This document shows positions 28,798 through 38,738 of a DNA stretch of 64,000 nucleotides, piece after piece; the first letter of the stretch is position 1; each line of letters begins with the position of its first letter. The notes beneath the pieces were generated by a model. The model ran no database searches, had not been told where the DNA came from, and saw nothing but the letters and a program-made list of their open reading frames with translations. The stretch comes from Candidatus Entotheonellaceae bacterium (GTDB taxonomy: Bacteria; Tectomicrobia; Entotheonellia; Entotheonellales; Entotheonellaceae). The DNA lies in NCBI GenBank assembly GCA_965238075.1, contig OZ250173.1, positions 2,336,001 through 2,400,000 of the forward strand, given 5' to 3'. Made by a program: the position numbers and the translations under genes.

Positions 28798-30456
28798 GTG
28801 GAGACAGACGACACAATGGACGAAAAGACATCAACCATTAGCGAGCGAACATCCATCGACTTGGCGGAAACCCTCTCGCGCCTGCACGAGGTGTGGACGT
28901 GCTCGGACTTTCAGGCTGCCGCACGGCAGCATGCCCGGGGCAAACTGACCGTCCAGGAGAAGATCGCCTGTCTGTTCGACGCCGGAACGTTCACGGAAGA
29001 GCACGCGCCCAGCCCCGACCTCGATCCGCGGCATGGCGAACGCCGCCTGCTCACTGGCTGCGGCGACATGAGCGGCCGGCCTGTTGCCGTGGCCATATTC
29101 AACTCCGCCATTGCCGCTGGCGCGGTCACCATCTCCACCGGCGACAAGCTCATCAAGCACATGCAACTCGCCGAGCGGCGGCGCTGCCCGCTGCTGATTG
29201 ATTGGGATTCCGGCGGTGCCGACATCAACGACGGCGTGGCCTCGCTCGATATCTTCCGGAAGATTTTCACGCAGATCAACGAACTCTCCGGCCGCATCCC
29301 CATGCTGTCCATCCTGTCCGGACTGAACGCCGGCGGCGGCGCCTACGCACCCGTGATGACCGACACCGTCATCATGATCGACGGCAGCATGATGGCCGTC
29401 ACCGGGCCGCAGGTGATTCGCGTGGCCACCGGCGAGGAGGTCACGCCGGACGAGATGGGCGGCGCGCAACTGCACAGCGAGCAGTCCGGCGAGGCGCACT
29501 ACCGGGTTGCCACCTACGAGGCGGCGTCGGCCTTGGCGCGCAAGTGGTTCTCTTACCTGCCGCAGAGCATGTGGTCCCTGCCGCCGCGGAACGCGTCGTG
29601 GGACAAGCGCGGCGTGCCCACCGACTTGCGGGCCATCGTGACGCAAGCCCGGCACAACGCCCGTCTCAAGCGCAACGCCACCTGGGACGTGCGCACGTTT
29701 ATCGAAGCGGCGGTCGATGATGACTCGTGGTTTGAGTACCACGAGAAATTCGCCACCTCCGCGGTCATTGGCCTGGCGCGCATTGCCGGCATTGCGGTCG
29801 TGGTCATCGCCAATCAGCGGCAGGTGCTGGGGGGTTCCATGACGGCGGCCTCGTCGTCCAAAGTCACGCGCATCCTGAAGCTGGCGAACGCCTATCACCT
29901 GCCCGTCATCACGCTGGTGGACGTGCCGGGTTTCATCGCTACGCAGGCGGAATCGGCGGGCCAGATCCTGTCCAAGGGCGCCGGGCTACTGATGACCTAT
30001 CCCAACCTCATGGTGCCGCGCATTTCGGTGGTCATCGACAAGGCGTTCGGCGGCGCCTACTGCGCGATGGACAGTCACGCCACCTCCGTGCGTTCCGGCC
30101 TGTATCGCCACTATGGCTTCACCACCGGGCAGGTCGCCGTGATGGGCAAGGAAGCGGGGCCGTTTTTCACCTACGGCCCGGACGGCGGGGACGCGGCTGT
30201 CAGGGAGCAGCATCAGGACCGCTACGAGAACGAGTACCTCAACATGAACCTCGCCTATGAGGATCGCCTCGTCGAACCGCTGGAGCCCGAAGCCCTGCGC
30301 CCGTGCCTGGTGGCCGAACTGCCGCCGCTGTACGACGCCTACGAGGCGTATTGGCAACGCCTGGTGGACGACCTCGAGCGGGTACGAGAAGAATGCCCGG
30401 ACCTGTTTGCCGAACTGCGTCACGGCGCCCTGCGCGGCCTGATTCATCCCCTGTGA
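28798..30456 (+). CDS. Acyl-CoA carboxylase carboxyltransferase subunit
   Basis: QHARGKLT, DSGGA, GGGAY, TGPQVI, MGGA, VDVPGF, AFGGAY. Confidence 0.88.
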   Translation: METDDTMDEKTSTISERTSIDLAETLSRLHEVWTCSDFQAAARQHARGKLTVQEKIACLFDAGTFTEEHAPSPDLDPRHGERRLLTGCGDMSGRPVAVAIFNSAIAAGAVTISTGDKLIKHMQLAERRRCPLLIDWDSGGADINDGVASLDIFRKIFTQINELSGRIPMLSILSGLNAGGGAYAPVMTDTVIMIDGSMMAVTGPQVIRVATGEEVTPDEMGGAQLHSEQSGEAHYRVATYEAASALARKWFSYLPQSMWSLPPRNASWDKRGVPTDLRAIVTQARHNARLKRNATWDVRTFIEAAVDDDSWFEYHEKFATSAVIGLARIAGIAVVVIANQRQVLGGSMTAASSSKVTRILKLANAYHLPVITLVDVPGFIATQAESAGQILSKGAGLLMTYPNLMVPRISVVIDKAFGGAYCAMDSHATSVRSGLYRHYGFTTGQVAVMGKEAGPFFTYGPDGGDAAVREQHQDRYENEYLNMNLAYEDRLVEPLEPEALRPCLVAELPPLYDAYEAYWQRLVDDLERVREECPDLFAELRHGALRGLIHPL

Positions 30457-30512
30457 CGTGTGATGCATGTCGGTTCTCTCCTATGAAAATTTCCCATGCA
30501 ATGCCAGAATCG

Positions 30513-30594
30513 GTCATTCCGGCGTATGCCGGAATCTAGCGACCTTGACTTGCCTCCTGGAAAGCCACTGGACTCCGGCCGCCGCCGGAGTGAC
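30513..30594. repeat. Family-B palindromic repeat, copy 1
   Basis: gtcattccggc..ccggaatc...ctggactccggc..ccggagtgac. Confidence 0.8.
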
Positions 30595-30635
30595 GTCAGG
30601 CAGGCGGCGGTTACAGGAACCGTTACAGGCGTCAA

Positions 30636-30690
30636 GGGAGCCTGAGGATCGCTGCGGAATGTCGGATTACGCTTCGCCAATCCGACTACA
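30636..30690. repeat. Family-A REP, copy 2 (right half)
   Basis: gggagcctg...ggaatgtcggattacgcttcgccaatccgactaca, similar to 15626-15681. Confidence 0.8.
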
Positions 30691-30762
30691 TCTCACTCGT
30701 TTCCCTCGATATATCGTGGCTCCCGGATTTTTCGGGGCCGTCTCACCAGCGAGGAGTTGCCT

Positions 30763-32475
30763 GTGCGGCTGAAACCACGACTGTTCATCCTGACCCTGGT
30801 CGCTGTTATGTCGCTGGCGTCTGCGGCCATTGCCGACCGAGGCGCCGACGGCCAGTTGAAAATGCTCTACTGGCAGGCGCCGTCCATCCTGAACCCGTTT
30901 CTGTCGGGCGGGACCAAGGACATCCACGCGGCGTCGCTGGTGCTTGAACCCCTGGCGCGCTATGACGAGAACGGCACCATGGTTCCGGCCTTGGCTGTGG
31001 AGATTCCAACCGTCGAAAACGGCGGCCTCTCGGCGGACCTCCTGTCCGTCACCTGGAGGGTGCGAGACGACGTGGTGTGGTCGGACGGAAGTCCGTTTAC
31101 CGCCGCGGACGTCGCCTTCACGGCGGCCTATTGCATGAACCCCGAAGGCGCCTGCAGCGCCGCCAGCCGGTTTCAGGACGTGACGGCCGTTGAGGCCGTC
31201 GATAGCCATACGGTGCGCATCACGTTCCAGGTGCCCACGCCGTTCCCCTACGTGCCGTTCGTCGGCTCGGTATCGCCCGTCATCCAGGAAAAGCAGTTCG
31301 CGGCGTGCACGGGCGCGCGAGCGCCGGAATGCACCGAGCAAAACTTCGGCCCGGTCGGCACCGGCCCCTTCAAGGTGCAGGAATTCCGCCCGAACGACAT
31401 CGTCCTGTACGAAATGAACGACCGGTACCGCGACCCCAACCAGCCGGCCTTCTCCTCGGTTCTGCTGAAGGGCGGCGGGGACGCCGTTTCGGCGGCGCGC
31501 GCCGTGCTGGAGACCGGCGAGTTCGACTACGCCTGGAATCTCCAGGTCGAGCCCGAAATCCTCGCCGCCATGGCTGCGGCGGGCAGGGGGGAGGTCGTCT
31601 CGGCCTTTGGCAGCATGGTCGAGCGCCTGGTGGTGCAGCTCACCAATCCCGATCCGGCGCTGGGCGACAAGCGGGCAACCTACCAGGACGGCGCCAATCC
31701 GCACCCGTTTCTGTCGGATGCGGCGGTGCGGCGCGCGCTGTCGATGGCGATCGACCGGGAAATCCTGGTTGCTGCCGGTTACGGGCCTGCCGGTCGGATG
31801 GCCTGCAGCGTGCTGCCGGCGCCGGCGATCTATGCCTCGACTGCTAACGACTGGTGCAAAACCCAGGATATTGCGGGCGCCAACAAGCTGCTGGACGATG
31901 CCGGCTGGGTGCGCGGCGCCGACGGCATCCGCACCAAGGACGGGGTCCGGCTTTCGATCCTTTACCAGACCTCGACCAATTCCGTGCGCCAGGGCACCCA
32001 GGCGCTGATCAAGCAGATGTGGCGGGAGATCGGCGTGGAGACCGAGTTGAAGAACATCAACGCCTCGGTGTTCTTCGGCGGCGACCCGTCGAGCCCGGAC
32101 ACCTACCAGAAGTTCTACGCCGACATCCAGATGTACGCCAGCAGCTTCGACGGCACCGACCCCCAGAACTACTTGCAGGGCTGGATCTGCGATGAAATTC
32201 CGGGCCCCGAGAACCAGTGGCTCGGCCAGAACATCCCGCGCTACTGCGACGCGGCGTACGACGAGCTGGCGAGGTCGCTTTCCAAAACTGCGGGAATCGA
32301 GGAGCGCGCCGCCATGGCCCGAGCGATGAACGACAGGCTGGTTGGCTACGGCGCCTTGATCCCGCTGGTCCATCGCGGCGAGGTGGCCGCCAGGACGTTG
32401 TCGCTCGGCGGCGTCCGGCACAACGCCTGGGACGCTACCGTGTGGAACATCCAGGAGTGGCACCGCCGGAAATGA
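30763..32475 (+). CDS. Peptide/nickel ABC transporter substrate-binding protein (family 5)
   Basis: Signal peptide, WSDGSPFTAADVAFT, GTGPF, VRRALSMAIDR. Confidence 0.92.
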   Translation: MRLKPRLFILTLVAVMSLASAAIADRGADGQLKMLYWQAPSILNPFLSGGTKDIHAASLVLEPLARYDENGTMVPALAVEIPTVENGGLSADLLSVTWRVRDDVVWSDGSPFTAADVAFTAAYCMNPEGACSAASRFQDVTAVEAVDSHTVRITFQVPTPFPYVPFVGSVSPVIQEKQFAACTGARAPECTEQNFGPVGTGPFKVQEFRPNDIVLYEMNDRYRDPNQPAFSSVLLKGGGDAVSAARAVLETGEFDYAWNLQVEPEILAAMAAAGRGEVVSAFGSMVERLVVQLTNPDPALGDKRATYQDGANPHPFLSDAAVRRALSMAIDREILVAAGYGPAGRMACSVLPAPAIYASTANDWCKTQDIAGANKLLDDAGWVRGADGIRTKDGVRLSILYQTSTNSVRQGTQALIKQMWREIGVETELKNINASVFFGGDPSSPDTYQKFYADIQMYASSFDGTDPQNYLQGWICDEIPGPENQWLGQNIPRYCDAAYDELARSLSKTAGIEERAAMARAMNDRLVGYGALIPLVHRGEVAARTLSLGGVRHNAWDATVWNIQEWHRRK

Positions 32476-32517
32476 CGCGGTCTGTCCCCCTGTCCATCGA
32501 GCGCGCGAGGCAAGTCC

Positions 32518-33531
32518 ATGCTGAGATATGCGGCCCGGCGTCTGTTGTTCTCGATCCCAACGCTGCTGGTGATCAGTTTCATCGTGTTCGCCCTGCTGGA
32601 CCTGGCGCCGAACGACCCGACCGCCCAGCTTCCGCTGACGATTCCCCCGGAGACCCGCCAGACCATCCGCGAGAGCCTTGGGCTCGGACAGCCGTTCCAC
32701 GTCCGCTATTTCCGGTGGCTGACACAATTCATGGTCAATGAGCCGCTCAACCTGGCCGAGCGCATGTGGGGGGTCGAGATCGGCAATTCCGCGGGGCGCC
32801 TGCGCGTGCGTTCCTGGTCGACCCGCGCGCCGGTCGTGGACCTGATCGCGGCCCGGCTGCCGCAGACCCTGACCGTCGTCGGCGTGTCCTACCTCGTTGC
32901 GGTCCTCATCGCGGTGCCCGTCGGCGTCTTCTCCGCCTACCGGCAGTACTCCGTCTTTGACCACATCGGCACCTTCGTCACCACGGTGGGCTTCTCGGTG
33001 CCGACCTTCTTCACGGGGACGGTCCTCATCGTGGTGTTCAGCGCCACGCTCGGCTGGCTGCCGTCGATCTACGACACGACCCACCGGGTAACGGATTTCG
33101 ACAGCTTCGTTTACCAAGTCAGGCAGATGGCCATGCCGGTGATGGTGCTCGGCCTGTTCAACGCGGCGCAACTCAGCCGCTTCACGCGCTCCGCGGTCCT
33201 CGACAACCTCAACCAGGAATACGTCCGCACCGCCCGCGCCAAGGGGCTGACGGAACCCGTCGTTGTCCTCGTCCACGTGCTGCGAAACAGCATGATCCCG
33301 GTCGTCACCGTCATTGCGCTGGGATTGCCGTCGACCTTCGCGGGAGCCATCATCACCGAGCAGATATTCCGTATCAACGGCGTCGGCCAGTTGCTGATCG
33401 GTGCCATCGAGAGCGCCGACATCCCCACCGTGCAGACCGTGACGTTCATCTTCGCGGTGCTGATCGTGGTGTTCAATCTGCTGGCGGACCTTCTGTACGG
33501 GGTGCTGGATCCAAGGATTCGCTATGACTGA
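32518..33531 (+). CDS. Peptide ABC transporter permease (DppB/OppB-like)
   Basis: YVRTARAKGL EAA-loop, HVLRNS, DPRIR. Confidence 0.93.
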   Translation: MLRYAARRLLFSIPTLLVISFIVFALLDLAPNDPTAQLPLTIPPETRQTIRESLGLGQPFHVRYFRWLTQFMVNEPLNLAERMWGVEIGNSAGRLRVRSWSTRAPVVDLIAARLPQTLTVVGVSYLVAVLIAVPVGVFSAYRQYSVFDHIGTFVTTVGFSVPTFFTGTVLIVVFSATLGWLPSIYDTTHRVTDFDSFVYQVRQMAMPVMVLGLFNAAQLSRFTRSAVLDNLNQEYVRTARAKGLTEPVVVLVHVLRNSMIPVVTVIALGLPSTFAGAIITEQIFRINGVGQLLIGAIESADIPTVQTVTFIFAVLIVVFNLLADLLYGVLDPRIRYD

Positions 33532-34432
33532 CGCCGTTCCGGCCCTCGGCCCGCGGCACCGCTCGCTGGCGCGGGACGTCTGGCAGCAATTCTGGCGCCA
33601 TAAAGGTGCGCTGGTCGGTGCGGCGGTCTTCACCCTGATCGCGGCTGCAGTGCTGCTCGGGTCCGTCATCCACGGCGTCGATCCGCAATATCTCGACTAC
33701 AAGGCCAAGAGCCAGGGCATGTCGCTCGCCCACCCGATGGGCACGGATAACCTTGGCCGCGACACGTTCGCTCGGATGCTGGCCGGCGGGCGGCTTTCGC
33801 TCGCCGTGGGCATCGCCGCCATGGTTCTTTCGCTGACCCTCGGAACCTGCGTCGGCGTCCTGGCCGGCTTCTTCCAGAGGCTCGACGGTCCGCTGATGCG
33901 GCTGACCGATCTTTTCCTGGCATTACCGGTTCTGCCGCTGCTGCTGGTCAGCATCATGCTGTTCCGGGACCCGCTGCGGTCCGTTCTGGGACCGGAGGTC
34001 GGCATCTTCGTCCTGATCATCGCCGTCATCGGCATTACGAGCTGGATGCAAACCGCCCGCATCGTGCGCGGCGAAGTGCTGGCGGTCAAACAGCGGGAGT
34101 TTGTGCTCGCCGCCCGTAGCATCGGCACGCGGCCGCACCGGATCATCGTGCGGCACCTTCTTCCTAACGCGCTGAGCCCGATCACGGTTTCCGCCACGCT
34201 CGGCATCGCACAAGCAATTATTACGGAGAGTGCCTTGAGCTTCCTCGGTCTCGGCTTCCCGTCCGATTTCCCGACCTGGGGCCGGCTGCTGTACGACGGC
34301 GTGCCCTTCCTCGGCCTCACGCCGGCGCGGGTGGTCTGGCCTGGCCTGGCCATCTCCCTGACCGTGCTGAGCATCAGCTACATGGGCGACGGCCTGCGCG
34401 ACGCCATGGACCCGCGCGTGCGACGACGCTGA
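33524..34432 (+). CDS. Peptide ABC transporter permease (DppC/OppC-like)
   Basis: HPMGTDNLGRD, ARIVRG, ESALSFLGLG, GDGLRDAMDP. Confidence 0.93.
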   Translation: MTDAVPALGPRHRSLARDVWQQFWRHKGALVGAAVFTLIAAAVLLGSVIHGVDPQYLDYKAKSQGMSLAHPMGTDNLGRDTFARMLAGGRLSLAVGIAAMVLSLTLGTCVGVLAGFFQRLDGPLMRLTDLFLALPVLPLLLVSIMLFRDPLRSVLGPEVGIFVLIIAVIGITSWMQTARIVRGEVLAVKQREFVLAARSIGTRPHRIIVRHLLPNALSPITVSATLGIAQAIITESALSFLGLGFPSDFPTWGRLLYDGVPFLGLTPARVVWPGLAISLTVLSISYMGDGLRDAMDPRVRRR

Positions 34433-34531
34433 TCTTGCCGGGAAATTTTCATACCGTCTTTTCTGTTACCGCACGGTATGGTAGATTTCTCCATTACACG
34501 AGAGATAGTCGCAATAACGTCATGTCCTCGT

Positions 34532-34566
34532 TGCCCCCACTGGTTCATATGGGGGCATTCTTTTTT
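34532..34566 (+). terminator. Intrinsic terminator between the ABC operon and the biotin carboxylase gene
   Basis: tgccccca...tgggggca followed by ttctttttt. Confidence 0.65.
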
Positions 34567-34614
34567 GGCATCATCATTGTGCCTCACACCTCCTTCCCCG
34601 GAAACCAGCATCCG

Positions 34615-37206
34615 ATGTCTTCACCCCTGACGCTCCTGGAGCACTCACGCCCTGCCATACCGGTTGAGGCGATGCGCACGCTGCTGATCTGCCGCGGGCC
34701 CATTGCCTTCGAGACACTGGAGGTGTATCGCCGCCGGGGCTGGTTGCTGCCCCATGCCGTGGTGTCGTCCAAGGAATGGATTGCCGATGGGCGCCGCGCC
34801 GCGCCATGGATCGCCGACTTGCCGACCGACCACGTTCACTACGCGCAGGAATACGACGACGTCGATGCCATCCTGCACGTCGCCGCGCAGCACGGTATTG
34901 ACGCCATCTATCCGGGCTACGGCTTTCTGGCGGAGAACGCCGACTTTGCCGCGCGTGTCGAAGCGGCCGGGCTGTGCTTCATCGGCCCGACGGCGGCCAC
35001 CCTGCGCGCCGTTGGCGACAAGGATGCGGCCATCGCGCTGGCCCGGCGGCTGGACATTCCCACCATCCCCGGTGACGATGCCCTGGTCGGTTTTGCGCGC
35101 TCTGCGGAGCAGGCAGCCATTGCCGCGGAGACGGTACGCCGCACGCTCGCCATGGCGGCGCAATATCCTGGGTACCCCATTCGCCTCAAGCATCCGGGCG
35201 GCGGCGGCGGCAAGGGACAGCGGGTGCTCAGTGCCGAGGAATTGGACGGCTCGCGGGCGCCCGACGTCATCCGCGAGGCGCTGGCCAAGGTGTGGTCGGA
35301 GATGGGCGTTTCGCCGTCGCAGGCCGACGCGCGCAAGGGTGTACTGATCGAGCTTGACATCCCCCGCCCGCTGCACTGGGAGGTGCAGATTTTTGGCGAC
35401 GGCGAGACTGTTGTCCACTTCGCGGCCCGCGACTGCTCGGTGCAGAATCACGGCTACCAGAAGTTCATCGAGATGGCCCTGCACCCACAGGCCATCGCTC
35501 AGGAGATACAACGCCTCGATCCCAAAGCCGACGCCGAACGCATCGGCAGCCTGTGCCGCCGCCGGCAGACTCTGGAGCGCATTTGTGCCGACGCTCAGCG
35601 CCTGGGCCAGGCGGTGCAGTTGCGGGGCGCGGCGACCGTTGAGTTTCTGGTGGATGAGCAGGGTGAGCCGTACTTCCTCGAAGTCAACCCGCGCATCCAG
35701 GTCGAGCACGCCGTCACCGAAGGCATCGCGCGCGTGCGCGGCGAGCCAATCAGCCTCGTCGAGATGCAGCAGCGCGTGGCGGCGGGGGAGCGGCTGGCGT
35801 TCGACCAGCGTGACATCACCTGCGTCGGCGACGCCATCGAGGTGCGCCTCAACGCCTGGCACGAGGACCTCAACCCGGTACTCGGCGGTGTCGTCCATGC
35901 CTTGCGCTGTAACCTGCCGCCCGAGCTCGGCGCCTACGTCCGCATCGACGCCGGCGGCTTGCAGGCGCGCCGGCAGCCGTGGGTTGTACCCAGCTACGAC
36001 GCCAATTTCGCCCTGATCATCGTTCACGGGGCCGACCGCCACGAGACCTTGGAGCGTCTTGTCAGCGTCCTGCAGGACGGCCTGGAGGTGCGCGGGGACG
36101 ACGAGTTGCAGACCAATCTCCAGCCCATTCTGGGACTCGTAACCCTGATGCGGGCCTTGCCTGCCGAGACCGCCTTCCGCACCGATACCAGCCTCCTGTG
36201 GATGGCCCTCACGGCCATCGTCGAGACCCAGAAATCGGCCGTGCTGGCGCGCGTTCCCCGCTATCCGCGCCGCCCGACGCCAAACCATCCGGCTCTCGTC
36301 GCCCGCTTGCTGGGCGCCACGTTGGAAGCCGGTTTCGCCCATCCCAGCCGCTTGCTGGCGTTTTATCTGAAGCGCCTGACGCAGCCTCACAAGCGCCCGT
36401 TGACGACCCTTGAGGTGCTCTGGCAACTTGCCGCCAAGCTGGACGTGCCGCTATTTGAGGAGGAGCGCCGGCGCGGCCTCGCCCTGCAACGGGCCATGGG
36501 CGCGCTATGGGAGGCCGTCGGGTGTTCCGGCAAGCGGCTGAGGGCCCTCGCGTGCGCCGCCGTCGCCGGGCGTCTGGAGAACGAACCGGTCTACGCGTCG
36601 CTGCTCGAACAACTCACTGCGCCGCCTTCGAATCTGTCCGATCAGGAAGCAACCGCCCTGCTCCAGGAATTGCTTGGCTGGCTGACCGCCGAGGCGCCGG
36701 CCATGACCGGCCTCATCGAAGCCCTTGAGCGCACGCAGATTCACGACTGCCTGACGCACAACGCCGATCTTTCCCTGTCTCGTCCGGTCTATCTGCGAGA
36801 CGCGGGTGCCATTGACCACCTGACGCGGCTCCTCAGCCGCAGCCTGCGGCCCGCCGTGCTGCGTCATGGCGAACTGCTTTCTCCCATGGAAGCCACCATT
36901 TACCACTACCCGGAACCTGGCGCTCCGCCGTTTGTAGAAGTCGGTGCAGAAGTCAAGGTGGGGCAGACGCTGGCTCTGCTGGAGGCGATGAAGATGTTTA
37001 CCGATCTGCCCAGCCCGGTGGACGGCGTGGTGATGGAGATTCGGGTTGAAAACGGCCAAGGGGTGAAGACGGGCACGCCGTTGTTCCGAATCGCCACCCA
37101 CGACGCCGTGGCCGAGACCTCGGACGACCATCTGCACGGGGTGCTCGAAGCGCCGTGGCGCAATCGGTTCGGCTTGCTGGTACCCGGCGAAGCGACGGAA
37201 GCGTGA
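34615..37206 (+). CDS. Divergent biotin carboxylase with extra central domain and C-terminal biotin carrier domain
   Basis: PGYGFLAEN, GGGGKG, RDCSVQ, FLEVNPRIQVEH, EAMKM biotinylation motif. Confidence 0.88.
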   Translation: MSSPLTLLEHSRPAIPVEAMRTLLICRGPIAFETLEVYRRRGWLLPHAVVSSKEWIADGRRAAPWIADLPTDHVHYAQEYDDVDAILHVAAQHGIDAIYPGYGFLAENADFAARVEAAGLCFIGPTAATLRAVGDKDAAIALARRLDIPTIPGDDALVGFARSAEQAAIAAETVRRTLAMAAQYPGYPIRLKHPGGGGGKGQRVLSAEELDGSRAPDVIREALAKVWSEMGVSPSQADARKGVLIELDIPRPLHWEVQIFGDGETVVHFAARDCSVQNHGYQKFIEMALHPQAIAQEIQRLDPKADAERIGSLCRRRQTLERICADAQRLGQAVQLRGAATVEFLVDEQGEPYFLEVNPRIQVEHAVTEGIARVRGEPISLVEMQQRVAAGERLAFDQRDITCVGDAIEVRLNAWHEDLNPVLGGVVHALRCNLPPELGAYVRIDAGGLQARRQPWVVPSYDANFALIIVHGADRHETLERLVSVLQDGLEVRGDDELQTNLQPILGLVTLMRALPAETAFRTDTSLLWMALTAIVETQKSAVLARVPRYPRRPTPNHPALVARLLGATLEAGFAHPSRLLAFYLKRLTQPHKRPLTTLEVLWQLAAKLDVPLFEEERRRGLALQRAMGALWEAVGCSGKRLRALACAAVAGRLENEPVYASLLEQLTAPPSNLSDQEATALLQELLGWLTAEAPAMTGLIEALERTQIHDCLTHNADLSLSRPVYLRDAGAIDHLTRLLSRSLRPAVLRHGELLSPMEATIYHYPEPGAPPFVEVGAEVKVGQTLALLEAMKMFTDLPSPVDGVVMEIRVENGQGVKTGTPLFRIATHDAVAETSDDHLHGVLEAPWRNRFGLLVPGEATEA

Positions 37207-37215
37207 CGGGCGGCC

Positions 37216-38553
37216 TCAGTCGGACGTATCGGAAGCGATGGGGTTCATCTCGCCGTGCGACTCGGGGAGGGTGATTTCGAGGCGTTCGATGCGCAAGTGG
37301 TCCATGGCGGTGACGTGGAAGGTGACGCCATCGACACGCGCGTATTCGCCCACCGCGGGGATGTGCTCCAGGGCTGAGAGAACCAGCCCGGCGACGGTGA
37401 CGTAATCCTCATCGGGCAGATCCAGGTTGTAGCGTTCGTTGAGCTTCTCGATGGCCAGGTCGCCCGGCACGCTGAGGTGCCCCTCCGGCGTCGCCTGCAT
37501 GTTCTCGCTGGCGTCGTCGTGCTCGTCAAATATCTCCCCGACAATCTCCTCGATGAGGTCTTCGAGGGTAATCAGCCCCAAGGTTCCGCCGTATTCGTCG
37601 ACGACGATGGCCATGTGGGCGTTGCGTTGTTGCAGGGCGCGCATCAACTCGTCCACGCGCGCCGTGGGGGGGATGAAGAACGGCTTGCGCATGATGGCGT
37701 CGAGGCTGAAAGGGCCGTCGTCGTTGGGGAAGGCCAAGAGGTCCTTGGCGAGCACAATCCCGACGATGTGGTCGAGCGCGTCGTCGTAGACCGGCAGCCG
37801 CGAGTTGCCGCTGCGGCGCACGACCTCGATCACCTTTTCCAGCGGCCAGGAGCGCTCTACGGCCCAGATATCGGTTCGCGGTGTCATGGCCTGCCGCACG
37901 CTGGTGTGCGACAGGTCGAGAACGCTGGCGATCATGCGGGCGTCCGACTCCTCCACCAGACCGTGCCGGCGGCTTTCCGAAAGCAGCAGCAGCAACTCTT
38001 CGGGCGCGTGCACACGTTCCACATGGCTTGGCGGGCGCACGGAGAAGAGTCGCAGGAAGACACTGGCGCTCTGGTTCAGGAGCCAGATCGCCGGCCAGAA
38101 GGCATACGTGAATAGCGTCAACGGACGCGCGACCCAGCGGCTGATTTGCTCCGGGTGCAGCAGTGCCAGGGATTTGGGGGCGAGCTCGCCCAAGACGATG
38201 TGCAGGAAGGTGATGCAGGCGAAGGCCGTCGTCCCTGCCACTGCGTGCGACGCCAAGCTGGCGAACGGGGCGGGCAGGGCATGAAAGGCGTGCATGAACA
38301 GGGTGGCAAGGGTTGCCTCGCCGATCCAGCCCAGCGATAGGGAGGCGAGGGTGATGCCTAGCTGGGTGGCGGAAATGTAGTCGTCGAGGTGCTGCTGGGC
38401 TTTCAGGGCGCCGCGGGCCTTGCCGTCCCCGGCCTCGGCGAGGGTTTGCAGGCGGGTGGTGCGGGCTCCGACGAGGGCAAATTCCGCTGCTACGAAGAAA
38501 GCATTCAGCCCGACAAGTGCCAGAATCGCCCAGATGCGAAACAAGACGTCCAT
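37216..38553 (-). CDS. HlyC/CorC (CNNM/DUF21-CBS-CorC) membrane protein
   Basis: FFVAAEFA, QLGIT, GELAPK, SRLPV, VDEYGG, EDLIEEIVGEI. Confidence 0.92.
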   Translation of the reverse strand: MDVLFRIWAILALVGLNAFFVAAEFALVGARTTRLQTLAEAGDGKARGALKAQQHLDDYISATQLGITLASLSLGWIGEATLATLFMHAFHALPAPFASLASHAVAGTTAFACITFLHIVLGELAPKSLALLHPEQISRWVARPLTLFTYAFWPAIWLLNQSASVFLRLFSVRPPSHVERVHAPEELLLLLSESRRHGLVEESDARMIASVLDLSHTSVRQAMTPRTDIWAVERSWPLEKVIEVVRRSGNSRLPVYDDALDHIVGIVLAKDLLAFPNDDGPFSLDAIMRKPFFIPPTARVDELMRALQQRNAHMAIVVDEYGGTLGLITLEDLIEEIVGEIFDEHDDASENMQATPEGHLSVPGDLAIEKLNERYNLDLPDEDYVTVAGLVLSALEHIPAVGEYARVDGVTFHVTAMDHLRIERLEITLPESHGEMNPIASDTSD

Positions 38554-38738
38554 GGAGGCCCTTGTATGCAAGGGTATAAAACGAGCCCCCTACTTACCGA
38601 GGCTCGCCCTGCGCCATCGTTCCGGGCGTATTGATGCCATTATAGCCGTCTTCCGGTCAGGTACAAGTGTGCTACAATCAGCCACCGTAATCTTCCGCCC
38701 TTTATTTGAGTCTGTCCTGCATGCCCGGAGCCCGTTTC

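Noticed and set aside
30667..33669. 1000-aa minus-strand ORF and other long antisense ORFs (2477-4177, 15768-17717, 34645-36426, 62215-63855)
   Set aside because: Shadow frames of well-supported genes in GC-rich DNA; no recognisable motifs
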